Part shown: piece after piece, positions 45,419 through 53,220 of the stretch
Layout of the letters: each line of letters opens with the position of its first letter
Numbering within the stretch: position 1 is the stretch's first letter
DNA from: Candidatus Aminicenantales bacterium
GTDB lineage: Bacteria; Acidobacteriota; Aminicenantia; Aminicenantales; JAFGAV01
Reading direction: 5' to 3'
Assembly: GCA_049697055.1 (NCBI GenBank)
Contig: JBAVVA010000087.1
Location: 1 to 53,220 of the forward strand
Length of the DNA: 53,220 bases
Notes under the pieces: generated by a model
Told to the model about the DNA's origin: nothing
Databases searched by the model: none
What the model saw: only the letters and a program-made list of their open reading frames with translations
Made by a program: the position numbers and the translations under genes

Positions 45419-46342
45419 TTAGGCCAGGGCGGCTCGCGCCTTTTCCAAAGAATCCATATCTTCAACGTTGAGCACGGTGAAAGGCTGGGGCCAGCCGCGG
45501 CCGATCCTTTTTATCAGGCCGGTCAGGACCTTGCCCGAGCCCAGTTCGACGAAATGCGTCACCCCCTCGCCCTTGAGCCTGTCCATGGATTCTTGCCACA
45601 GGACCGGCCGGCTGACCTGCCGCTTGAGCGCGTCACGGGCCTCCTCTCCGCTGCGGATGGGGCGGGCGTCTACGTTGGTCACCACCGGAAAGCGAAGGTC
45701 CTGGAAAACGGTCCGGTCCAGGTCCACGGCCAGCTTTTTTTCGGCGCTTTTCATCAGGCTCGAATGGAAAGGCGCGCTGACCGAAAGGAAGACCGAGCGC
45801 GGCGCTTTGATCAGGGCTACCGCTTCCTCTACCGCCGCTTTGTCTCCGGCGATGACGGTCTGCTCCGGGCTGTTCCAGTTGGCCACTTCGGCTATTCCCG
45901 AGCTGACCCGGGCCAGGCCGTCGAGCACAGACTGCCGGTCCGCACCCAACAGGGCGGCCATGGCCCCCTGCCCGACCGGCACGGCTCCCTGCATGTACCG
46001 GCCCCTTTTATGGACGAGGCTGACGGCGTCCTCGAAAGCGAGGCTGCCGGCCGCTACCAGGGCCGAATATTCGCCCAGGCTGTGGCCGGCGGCCAAAGCC
46101 GGCTCCGAGCCCAGCAGCCGGCCGGCGATGGTGCTGACCACGAGCAAGGCCGGCTGGGTGTTTTGGGTCAGCCTCAATTCCTCCTCGGGGCCCTCAAAGC
46201 AAAGCCGCGAGAGTTTGGTGCCGAGGACTTCATCGGCCCGGCCGAAAAGTTCCCGGGCCACTTCGGAGCGGTCGTAAAAATCACGGCCCATGCCTACCGA
46301 CTGCGAGCCCTGACCGGGGAAAAGATGAACGATCCGTTTCAT
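45419..46342 (-). CDS. fabD: Malonyl-CoA:ACP transacylase
   Basis: Contains FPGQGSQSVGMG and GHSLGEYSAL. Confidence 0.95.
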   Translation of the reverse strand: MKRIVHLFPGQGSQSVGMGRDFYDRSEVARELFGRADEVLGTKLSRLCFEGPEEELRLTQNTQPALLVVSTIAGRLLGSEPALAAGHSLGEYSALVAAGSLAFEDAVSLVHKRGRYMQGAVPVGQGAMAALLGADRQSVLDGLARVSSGIAEVANWNSPEQTVIAGDKAAVEEAVALIKAPRSVFLSVSAPFHSSLMKSAEKKLAVDLDRTVFQDLRFPVVTNVDARPIRSGEEARDALKRQVSRPVLWQESMDRLKGEGVTHFVELGSGKVLTGLIKRIGRGWPQPFTVLNVEDMDSLEKARAALA

Positions 46343-47031
46343 GGCCTGTTCTGCTCCTTGTCCAAGGCATTCAGGCAGGAGTCGAAAATCTGGACCTCGG
46401 CCTGGCTCCTGAGGTTCTTGACCCAGGAATCCACCTGGCGGGCAATCTTTTCTTCTTTGAGGAGGGCCTCGATCTCGCCCAACGCTTCCAGCACCGGGCG
46501 GGGCTTCTCGCCCCGTTTCTCCAGGGCCGGGCCATAGACCTCCCGGTAGTAGGTCTCGATCTCCTTCAGAGTGACGATCGTGCCGCGGCTAAACCTCAGG
46601 GAGATGATTTCATGATAGATGAGTTTTTCCTCGAAGTAGGGCAACAGGTCGTTGGGCCCGAGGCCCAGTCGAGCGAGCGCCCGCTCGGCCCGGCCTGGTT
46701 CCAGGCGGGCCAGGGCTTCCCGGCGGGCGGACTCGACCTGTTGGGGCGGGATGGTCACTCGTTCCCGGACCAGGTCGATGACGATCTTGAGGTTGATGAT
46801 TTTTTCCAAAATAGCCCGCTGACGGCCGCCGGGAGCCTGGCCGATCTCGGCATCATAGAGCCCGAAGGCGTCCAGAATCTTGATGTCGGCCAGCGTGACG
46901 GGCCGGTCGTTGACCCTGGCCAGGAGGCAGTCGAGAGGCTGGGAAACGGGCTGGCCGAAGAGGCCGGCCGAAAGGACGGACCCTAGGATGAGGGCCCTGA
47001 GCCAAAGCCGGAACAGCCGTTTAAAAGACAT
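46339..47031 (-). CDS. SurA N-terminal-domain-like periplasmic chaperone without a PPIase domain
   Basis: 230 aa. Signal peptide. LLARVNDRPVTLADI resembles the SurA_N start. Coupled to both bamA and fabD. Confidence 0.6.
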   Translation of the reverse strand: MSFKRLFRLWLRALILGSVLSAGLFGQPVSQPLDCLLARVNDRPVTLADIKILDAFGLYDAEIGQAPGGRQRAILEKIINLKIVIDLVRERVTIPPQQVESARREALARLEPGRAERALARLGLGPNDLLPYFEEKLIYHEIISLRFSRGTIVTLKEIETYYREVYGPALEKRGEKPRPVLEALGEIEALLKEEKIARQVDSWVKNLRSQAEVQIFDSCLNALDKEQNRP

Positions 47032-49750
47032 TGCCTATGGTAATGGCCGGGAAGATCTTTTTCTGCCCGGCGGGCGCTTCCGGATTCAAGCCGATGTCCA
47101 AACGCAGCGGTCCCAAGGGCGTGCGGTAGCGGAGGCCGAACCCCACGGCATCCTTCAGCTGGCCCAGGTCAAAATCCTTCCGCTTGGCGAAAACATTTCC
47201 CTTGTCATAGAAAAAGGCCAGGGATAGGTCCTCCAACGCGCCGATGAGAGGGAAGGAGACCTCCAGGTTAAACAGCAGCAGGACTTTCCCCCCGACCGGC
47301 TGGCCCGAGATCGAATCCCGGGGGCCCAGCTCATCAAAATCCGTCCCCCGGAAAGAATTGCTCCCGCCGGCAAAGAACCGCTCATGGATGGGCATTCGCC
47401 CCTGGCCCAGCCCCAGCCGGGCCGTGCCGCTGAACCCCAAGCTGGAAAACAAGGACAAGGTGTGCTGGTACTTGACGAACAGCTTCAAGAAATCCGACTC
47501 GACGCCGAACAGAGGATAGGCCCATTCCAGGGAAGCGCTGAAGAACGTCCCCCGCGTCGTGTTCAAGGCGTCGTCCCGCTTATCCCATAAGACGCTGGCG
47601 GCGATCGAAGTCTTGGAGAAAGGGAAGAACTGCCGGTCGATCTCGTTCTCGGCAATGTCCAGATAATAAAGTGTGGTGCTGGCCCAGGTGAGAGTGGCCA
47701 ACAAGATAAAATCTTTGAACAAGGGCTTGATCCCGGTGAAGCTCAACCCGCGGCGGTCGAACCCGTAGCTCATCCTGTCCTCGCGCTCCAGCCAGGCGTT
47801 GAGGTAGTTCTGGAGCGGCAGGCCGAAGAAATAGGGCTGTTCCAAAGAGACCACTCCCCTCTTCTCCCGAAGGCTGAACTGGCCCACCAAGCTGAACTGG
47901 GAGGCGTCGCCGAAGATGTTGTTGCGAATATATTCGGCCGTACCGCGCGGGCTGATGACGTTTTCCCAGATGGCCAGCTGGAAAGGCATATTCTTGTTTT
48001 CCACACCCAGCCCCAGGGAAATGTAGTTCTGCTCCCCCTCCTGGAGTCTGATGACCAGGTTATCCTCATCGGGCGGGACAAGAATTTCTTCGATCTTAAC
48101 TTCGGAAAAAATGCCCAAATGCTCCAGGTTCCGCCTTGTCTCGTTGACGGCCTCCAGGCTGACCGGCTGGCCCTCCTTGAGACGAATTTCCCGCAAAATG
48201 GTGCTCCGCCGGGTGATCTTCTGTCCGATGATGGTAATGCTCTTAAGCCGGACAACCTGGCCCTCCTGCACCCGGAATTCCAGGTCGTACCTGTCATTGG
48301 GGCGGGGTGTGATCAAAGACGAGATTTTTGTGCCCCGCAGGCCGTTGTTTAGATAAAACGTCTCCAGCTTCTCCACGTCCTTCTGGACATTGGGCTGGTA
48401 AAAGGGCCCACCGGACCGGCTGCTCACCTCGGCCAGAAGCCTTGCCGCGGGGAAGAGAGAAGCTCCGCTAAACATCACTCTATCCAATTTTTGCTGGGGC
48501 CCTTCCCCCAGCGAATAAACGATGGTGACGGCGCGGCCCGACCGTTCGAAATTGAGCTCGACCCGGGCGCGCGGAAATCCCTTAGTCTGGTACAGGTCCT
48601 CAATCTCACCGGGAAGGCTGAAGACCCGTTCGCCGTCCAGGCTATTGGGCAGAAGCAGAGAGCCCTCGAGGTTCAAGGCGCTCTTGAGCTGCTCAGGGGT
48701 GAAATAGGTCAGGCCCTCGAAACGCAGTCCCCGGATATAGCACCTCAGGCCCGGGTCCGCCTCGTAGGTCACCAGGAGCCGGTTCCCCTCCCGCTGGATA
48801 GTGGAGGAGACCAGGGCAAAGAGAAACCCCTTTTTGCGGAGAAAAGACAGGATACGGGCTTCTCCCTCCAGCAGGCCCCATTCTTCGAAAATTTTCTCTT
48901 CCCAGATGGGACGGACCAGCTCCACCGGAACTTGGGCTCCAGTGATGGAGATTTCGATCTTCTCGCCGGCTTCGACTTTCAAGCTGAGGGAGGCCGTCCG
49001 GAGTCCGTCATCCAGGCGAGGCGGTGCGGCTTCGACCTTGGCCCGGGGATAGCCGAATCCGTGCAAATAGACCTCCAGGCCGGCAATGTCTTTTTCCAAA
49101 AGCGCGGGCTCATAGGGTTTTCCCTCCCGGGAGACCATGCGCTTGAGGAGCATTGCGGCGGCTACCGGGACGTCCCCGCTGAAGCTCATCGAAGAAATGA
49201 CATAGCGGACCCCAGGAAGGATGTCGAAGGTCACATCCATGGCTGCCGCTTCGCTGTCCTTGAAGAGCACGGGCACAGCCCGGCACCCGAAATGGCCTTC
49301 TCTTTCGAGTAAAGCCACAACTTCTTGTCCAGCTTTTTGCAAGCGCTCGCTGGAGAAGGCGGCGCCCGGCCGGAGCACGGTGAGCCCCTGTTGGACTTTG
49401 CCCAAGGGCAGGGAGCCGGCGCTGCGCAAGATCATTTTTCGGACGAAGAGCTTCCGGGACAGGGAAAAAAGCAGAGTGAGGTCCGGAGCATCGCGGCGGT
49501 CCACGCGGATGTCGGAGAACAGCCCCGAGCTGTAGAGCTGTTTGAGGCTGCGGTCGATATCATAAAGAGAAAAAACATCGCCGGCCCGCACAGTGACCAG
49601 GCTACGGATCTCCGGAGAAGCCTCCTGGCCGTCCACCGCCACTTCCACCCGGGCGATGGCGGGCGCCGCGGCCAAGCTCGGATCCGGGCCTGAGGCGGCT
49701 AGGGCCAGCGGCAGAACCAGCCAGGCGGCGATCAGGCTATATCCTTTCAT
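47021..49750 (-). CDS. bamA: Outer-membrane protein assembly factor BamA (Omp85)
   Basis: 909 aa. Signal peptide, POTRA repeats and a C-terminal beta-barrel ending ...ITIGNVF. Confidence 0.9.
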   Translation of the reverse strand: MKGYSLIAAWLVLPLALAASGPDPSLAAAPAIARVEVAVDGQEASPEIRSLVTVRAGDVFSLYDIDRSLKQLYSSGLFSDIRVDRRDAPDLTLLFSLSRKLFVRKMILRSAGSLPLGKVQQGLTVLRPGAAFSSERLQKAGQEVVALLEREGHFGCRAVPVLFKDSEAAAMDVTFDILPGVRYVISSMSFSGDVPVAAAMLLKRMVSREGKPYEPALLEKDIAGLEVYLHGFGYPRAKVEAAPPRLDDGLRTASLSLKVEAGEKIEISITGAQVPVELVRPIWEEKIFEEWGLLEGEARILSFLRKKGFLFALVSSTIQREGNRLLVTYEADPGLRCYIRGLRFEGLTYFTPEQLKSALNLEGSLLLPNSLDGERVFSLPGEIEDLYQTKGFPRARVELNFERSGRAVTIVYSLGEGPQQKLDRVMFSGASLFPAARLLAEVSSRSGGPFYQPNVQKDVEKLETFYLNNGLRGTKISSLITPRPNDRYDLEFRVQEGQVVRLKSITIIGQKITRRSTILREIRLKEGQPVSLEAVNETRRNLEHLGIFSEVKIEEILVPPDEDNLVIRLQEGEQNYISLGLGVENKNMPFQLAIWENVISPRGTAEYIRNNIFGDASQFSLVGQFSLREKRGVVSLEQPYFFGLPLQNYLNAWLEREDRMSYGFDRRGLSFTGIKPLFKDFILLATLTWASTTLYYLDIAENEIDRQFFPFSKTSIAASVLWDKRDDALNTTRGTFFSASLEWAYPLFGVESDFLKLFVKYQHTLSLFSSLGFSGTARLGLGQGRMPIHERFFAGGSNSFRGTDFDELGPRDSISGQPVGGKVLLLFNLEVSFPLIGALEDLSLAFFYDKGNVFAKRKDFDLGQLKDAVGFGLRYRTPLGPLRLDIGLNPEAPAGQKKIFPAITIGNVF

Positions 49751-49752
49751 CG

Positions 49753-52700
49753 TCAGAATCTCTTGCGGGCCTTGATCTCAAAGCTTATCCGGCCCAACTC
49801 GTCCCGTATGCCGACCACAGACAAGTTGTCGGCCAAGTCCCATTCCAGGCGCACGATCTCCTCCCGCTGGGTGGTCAGGTTAGTCGAATAATAGACGAAC
49901 AAGTCCTTGGTCACCTTCTTGCCCACCGTCAGCCGGGCGGTCATTTCAGAGGAAGAGCCCAGGATGAAGGGGTCGATGCGCAGGCGGTCCACCATGAGGA
50001 GCGCGGCCGCCCGCTTCTTGGCCTCTTCGGAAAGTTGGAAAGTGAGCAGAGTGGCCGAGCTGAGCTGGGCACTGGTTTCGGCCCGGTAGGTCCTTTTAAA
50101 AGCCTCGCCCATAGCTAACAGGGCCAGCACATCTTCGGAAGGCAGGGGCGGCGAGGAACTAAACTCCGGTTTGAGATGGTCGAGCAGGCCGGTCAGGGTG
50201 AAGGTCACTCGATAATCCTTGATGTAAGCCTCCCCTTTGAAATCCAGATAGGGGTCCGCGGCCAGGGGGTTGAAGAAGCTCAGGTGGCCGCGCAGGAGGT
50301 TGAGCTTCCGGTCCTGAAAGTTCACCGTGCCGCCCAGCGATACAATCTCGCCCAGAATGATGGGTGAGTTCACATTCCCGGTGACGGTCAGGTCGAACCG
50401 GGCCCGAACCCGGCCCAGGGAGTTGTCCAGCCAGGCATTGTCGTCGGCCCGCAGCCGGATGTTGAGCGTCAGGTCGTCGAAGAATCCTCTTTCCGAGGAG
50501 GGCTGGTAGAAGGAGTTGGAGCTAAACAGGAATTTCTCGCTGAGCTCCCGCCGCCAGGACAGGGAGCTCACTTGGAAATCACCCTCCAGGACGAACTGGC
50601 CGGCATCCCTGACCATCCTCAGCCGGCCGTCGGTGAGAGCCCTGGCCCTCTCCAGGAAAAAGAGTTGCATCTTTTTTCCCTCTACGGCCACATCCACATC
50701 CACATCTCCGTCGGGCCGGAAGGTGAGCTGGCCCGAACCCTGGATGGGGCCGCCGCCGATGGTGGCCTGGAAGGAGCGGAGCGAGGCTCGCCGGCCCTCG
50801 ACGAAAATAAGGCCGGAATAATCGTTGAGAGCTTGGGCGAACTTGGGGATGGGCAGGACCGGGCCCTGGAAATCGATAACGCCCTTGAATCCCGGCCCGG
50901 AGGAGGGGTTCCGGATCTCGGCCAGATAATTGACCCGGCCCTTGACGCCCCGCCAGGGGAAGAGAAGGTCCAGGTTAACGAATGACCCCTTGATGTCCAC
51001 GGCATAGGACCCCTCCGGCGGCTGGTAGCTGAAGGTCAGGTTGAAATCATTGTCCTCCGGCCGGATGAAGCCCTTCCAGGACCCGTCCACTTTAAGATCG
51101 GAAAAACGGATTTCCGCCTGTCCTCCGGCCTGGAAGGCTTGAAGGCTGCCGGTGCCCAGATTCCGGACCTCCACATTGCCCTTGACCGCGTCGCGGCCCA
51201 TGAGCCCGCCGCCTTGGAGGTTGAAGAATATCTGACCCTTCAGCCCGGAGGCCAGGGAGGCCAAGTCGATGTCCTGCCCGGACAAGCCCAAGTCGAACTC
51301 ATGGCTGGTCAGCCCCAAGAAACCGGCCCCCGTCACCCGGCCGCCGTGGAAGAGGAACTGGAGCGACGGAAAACGGAGCACGTCGTCCTTCCATTCCAGC
51401 CGGCCCTTGACCTCTTTGAACACTTGTCCGGCCAGCCTGAGGTTAGAGCCGGCAAAATCGCCGGAGACTTCCAGCTGGTCGTGGAGGCCCCGCACGTCGA
51501 ACTGCCCTTGGCCGTCGCCCCGGAGGTCGAGCGGAATGTCGAGCGCCGGGAAAAGGCGCTGGGTCGAGCCTCGGCTGAGCTTGATCTTGGCCTCCCATTG
51601 GGGACCTTCCGCGTTGAGGTCCACCTGGCCCATGAGCTGTGGGTCGTCCGCCCGGCAGTGGACGGTGACGCGGCGGCCTTGAACATCGGCCGTGCCCTCA
51701 ATGAAAGAGGCCTCCAGCTTGTCAAAGGCTCCGGGAAAAAGGAAGAATTTCGACTTGACCCTGGGAGAATGGTAGGGGCCGGAAATCCGGATGTCGGCAT
51801 TTCCCCGCCCCCGGATCTCGGGGATATCGAACTCCTCTTCGAGCATGAGAGAAGTGAACTGCCGGGCCTGCTTCACATCCCTCACTTCGCCGGCCACGTG
51901 CATATCGAACGTCTGGCCGATGACGATATCCGCTTCAAGAGCCATTCGGCCGAACGAAGATTCGAATTCTTTGGACTCGAAACGGACAGTGGAGCGGCCG
52001 TCCCAGCTCAGGGTGAAAGCCCCACGGAATGGAAACCTGTCGTCGGGCGGCCCTTCCTGGACCAGGGAATCGTCCCGGAACTCGGCTTCGACCTCCAGGC
52101 GTTTGTTCTGAAGGACAAACCGCCCCCAGGCTGGAGAACGGACCGGCCAGGGCAGGTCGATCTCATTCATCACCGGGTCGAGCGCAATTCCTTCTGCCCG
52201 GCCTTCGATCCTCTTGCCGGCGAAATCAAGATGCAGGACCTGCTGCCGCCCGGCCCTCGAAACGGCCACCAGATCCAGGGTGCCTCCTTTCTCGGCCTGG
52301 ACATCCAACTTGGCCCGGACCGTTCCCAGGGCCACCCGGTTGAGCTCCAGGTCGCGGCTGTTGAGGTCGGCCTGGAGCGACAGCTGTCCGTCCACGGACA
52401 GGACTCGGCCGGTGCCCCGCGCTTCTCCGTCCCACTGAAAAGGAAGATCAAGGGCCTCGGCGATGAAAGCTGCCCGCAGGTTGAAATCGCCCTCCAAGGA
52501 CCAGGCGGGCTTCCGGCCTTGCCGGATCTCACCCGCGGCTTTGAGGTAGAGTGAAGGTCCGCTGGCCACCACTCTTTTGACCTGGATCTGATCCGGCCGG
52601 CCCAGCAGATGGAGCTGGAGCTGGCCGACCAAAGGATGCTCGGAATTGGGCAGCAGGACGACGGCCTCCCTGGCCCGGCCTTGGACCTCGAAGGAGGCTT

Positions 52701-53154
52701 TCTTCCAGGTGAAGATGGCGTCCAGGCCGCTGGCCCGGACGCGGCCGTTTCCGCGCCAGAACAGTTCTCCGTTGCGGATCAGTCCTTTTTCCACGGCGAA
52801 GGGCAGCTCAATCTTCATACGCTTGCCGGCGCGGGGGGCTGTCTCGATGAAACGGAGGTTCGGCTCTTCCAAGACTACCGAGACCGGGCGTTCGGCGGAC
52901 AGGAGAGCCGGGTAGGATATCGACACCCTGACCGACCGGGCGGTGAAGCTGGGCGAGGCGGATTTACTGCGCAGGTTCTCTATGACCAAGGAGGGCGGGA
53001 GGAAGGAGACCCGGATCCGGCTGTACTGGAAGTTCGCCTCGATCTGGCCTTTGACCTGGCTGAGGATGATGTTGCGGACAACCATCCCGGCCGCCAACAG
53101 GAAGAATATCAGGCCCAGCAGGATGATGAGCGGGCGGAGGGACTTCTTCTTCAT
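49753..53154 (-). CDS. tamB: Translocation and assembly module protein TamB (AsmA-like / DUF490)
   Basis: 1133 aa. N-terminal signal anchor, a long beta-rich body and a DUF490-like C-terminus (LTVGKKVTKDLFVYYS...VRLEWDL). The stop lies 2 nt before the bamA start. Confidence 0.85.
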   Translation of the reverse strand: MKKKSLRPLIILLGLIFFLLAAGMVVRNIILSQVKGQIEANFQYSRIRVSFLPPSLVIENLRSKSASPSFTARSVRVSISYPALLSAERPVSVVLEEPNLRFIETAPRAGKRMKIELPFAVEKGLIRNGELFWRGNGRVRASGLDAIFTWKKASFEVQGRAREAVVLLPNSEHPLVGQLQLHLLGRPDQIQVKRVVASGPSLYLKAAGEIRQGRKPAWSLEGDFNLRAAFIAEALDLPFQWDGEARGTGRVLSVDGQLSLQADLNSRDLELNRVALGTVRAKLDVQAEKGGTLDLVAVSRAGRQQVLHLDFAGKRIEGRAEGIALDPVMNEIDLPWPVRSPAWGRFVLQNKRLEVEAEFRDDSLVQEGPPDDRFPFRGAFTLSWDGRSTVRFESKEFESSFGRMALEADIVIGQTFDMHVAGEVRDVKQARQFTSLMLEEEFDIPEIRGRGNADIRISGPYHSPRVKSKFFLFPGAFDKLEASFIEGTADVQGRRVTVHCRADDPQLMGQVDLNAEGPQWEAKIKLSRGSTQRLFPALDIPLDLRGDGQGQFDVRGLHDQLEVSGDFAGSNLRLAGQVFKEVKGRLEWKDDVLRFPSLQFLFHGGRVTGAGFLGLTSHEFDLGLSGQDIDLASLASGLKGQIFFNLQGGGLMGRDAVKGNVEVRNLGTGSLQAFQAGGQAEIRFSDLKVDGSWKGFIRPEDNDFNLTFSYQPPEGSYAVDIKGSFVNLDLLFPWRGVKGRVNYLAEIRNPSSGPGFKGVIDFQGPVLPIPKFAQALNDYSGLIFVEGRRASLRSFQATIGGGPIQGSGQLTFRPDGDVDVDVAVEGKKMQLFFLERARALTDGRLRMVRDAGQFVLEGDFQVSSLSWRRELSEKFLFSSNSFYQPSSERGFFDDLTLNIRLRADDNAWLDNSLGRVRARFDLTVTGNVNSPIILGEIVSLGGTVNFQDRKLNLLRGHLSFFNPLAADPYLDFKGEAYIKDYRVTFTLTGLLDHLKPEFSSSPPLPSEDVLALLAMGEAFKRTYRAETSAQLSSATLLTFQLSEEAKKRAAALLMVDRLRIDPFILGSSSEMTARLTVGKKVTKDLFVYYSTNLTTQREEIVRLEWDLADNLSVVGIRDELGRISFEIKARKRF

Positions 53155-53220
53155 GCGAATACGAATCGATCCGGCATAGGAGCCATAATATCATATTCAT
53201 TATAGACAAAAAACCGCCCC

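Noticed and set aside
45413-46537. 374-aa plus-strand ORF antisense to fabD and the SurA-like gene
   Set aside because: It spans two real minus-strand genes and has an Arg/Gly/Pro-rich composition with no motifs. The ORFs at 43509-44609 (+), 31476-32600 (+), 27154-28056 (+), 28836-29765 (+), 16322-17263 (-) and 19023-19913 (-) are rejected for the same reason.
51139-52554. 471-aa plus-strand ORF antisense to tamB
   Set aside because: Same reasoning. The composition is low-complexity Pro/Gly/Leu-rich with no domain, and the minus-strand frame gives a coherent TamB.

Overview
GC-rich 53.2-kb chromosomal segment from a diderm bacterium (secretin, BamA, TamB, FadL-type and MsbA-type genes). The phylum cannot be determined from the sequence alone. 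I call about 50 tightly packed protein genes, many translationally coupled by 4-nt ATGA overlaps, and one tRNA-Phe(GAA). I see no rRNA, CRISPR array, transposase or integrase.

Gene content from left to right:
- two tandem CsgG-family lipoproteins
- an ECF sigma/anti-sigma operon with three secreted proteins that share an unassigned C-terminal domain
- RRM RNA-binding protein; sppA; arsR-arsC-acr3
- a UvrD-type helicase fused to an Fe-S PD-(D/E)XK nuclease
- ftsB; a phosphohexomutase; pcm; coaD
- pilMNOPQ plus two coupled lipoproteins
- a long minus-strand operon: DUF465, asd-like, msbA-like, yicC, gmk, coaBC, family-4 UDG, priA
- a glycosyltransferase; an XRE-S24 repressor with a small membrane protein; tRNA-Phe; an Mth938-like protein
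- galU; a FadL-like porin; clpB; a poly-Glu acidic protein; mutS; an ABC-2 exporter; pgsA; fabD; a SurA-like chaperone; bamA; tamB

Signals most worth a second look:
1. A three-copy family of structured intergenic elements (about 31197-31394, 32563-32722, 45131-45388). It has a 30-nt identical core, and its helices are kept by different sequences in different copies.
2. The ECF operon, with a triplicated unknown domain, an ECF-type promoter and a 20-bp perfect inverted repeat whose box recurs a third time.
3. Intact PriA and Asd homologues whose catalytic motifs are eroded.
4. Two orphan CsgG-like channel genes.

All functional calls rest on motif recognition by eye. Start codons, promoters and RNA structures are proposals, and no search tools were run.
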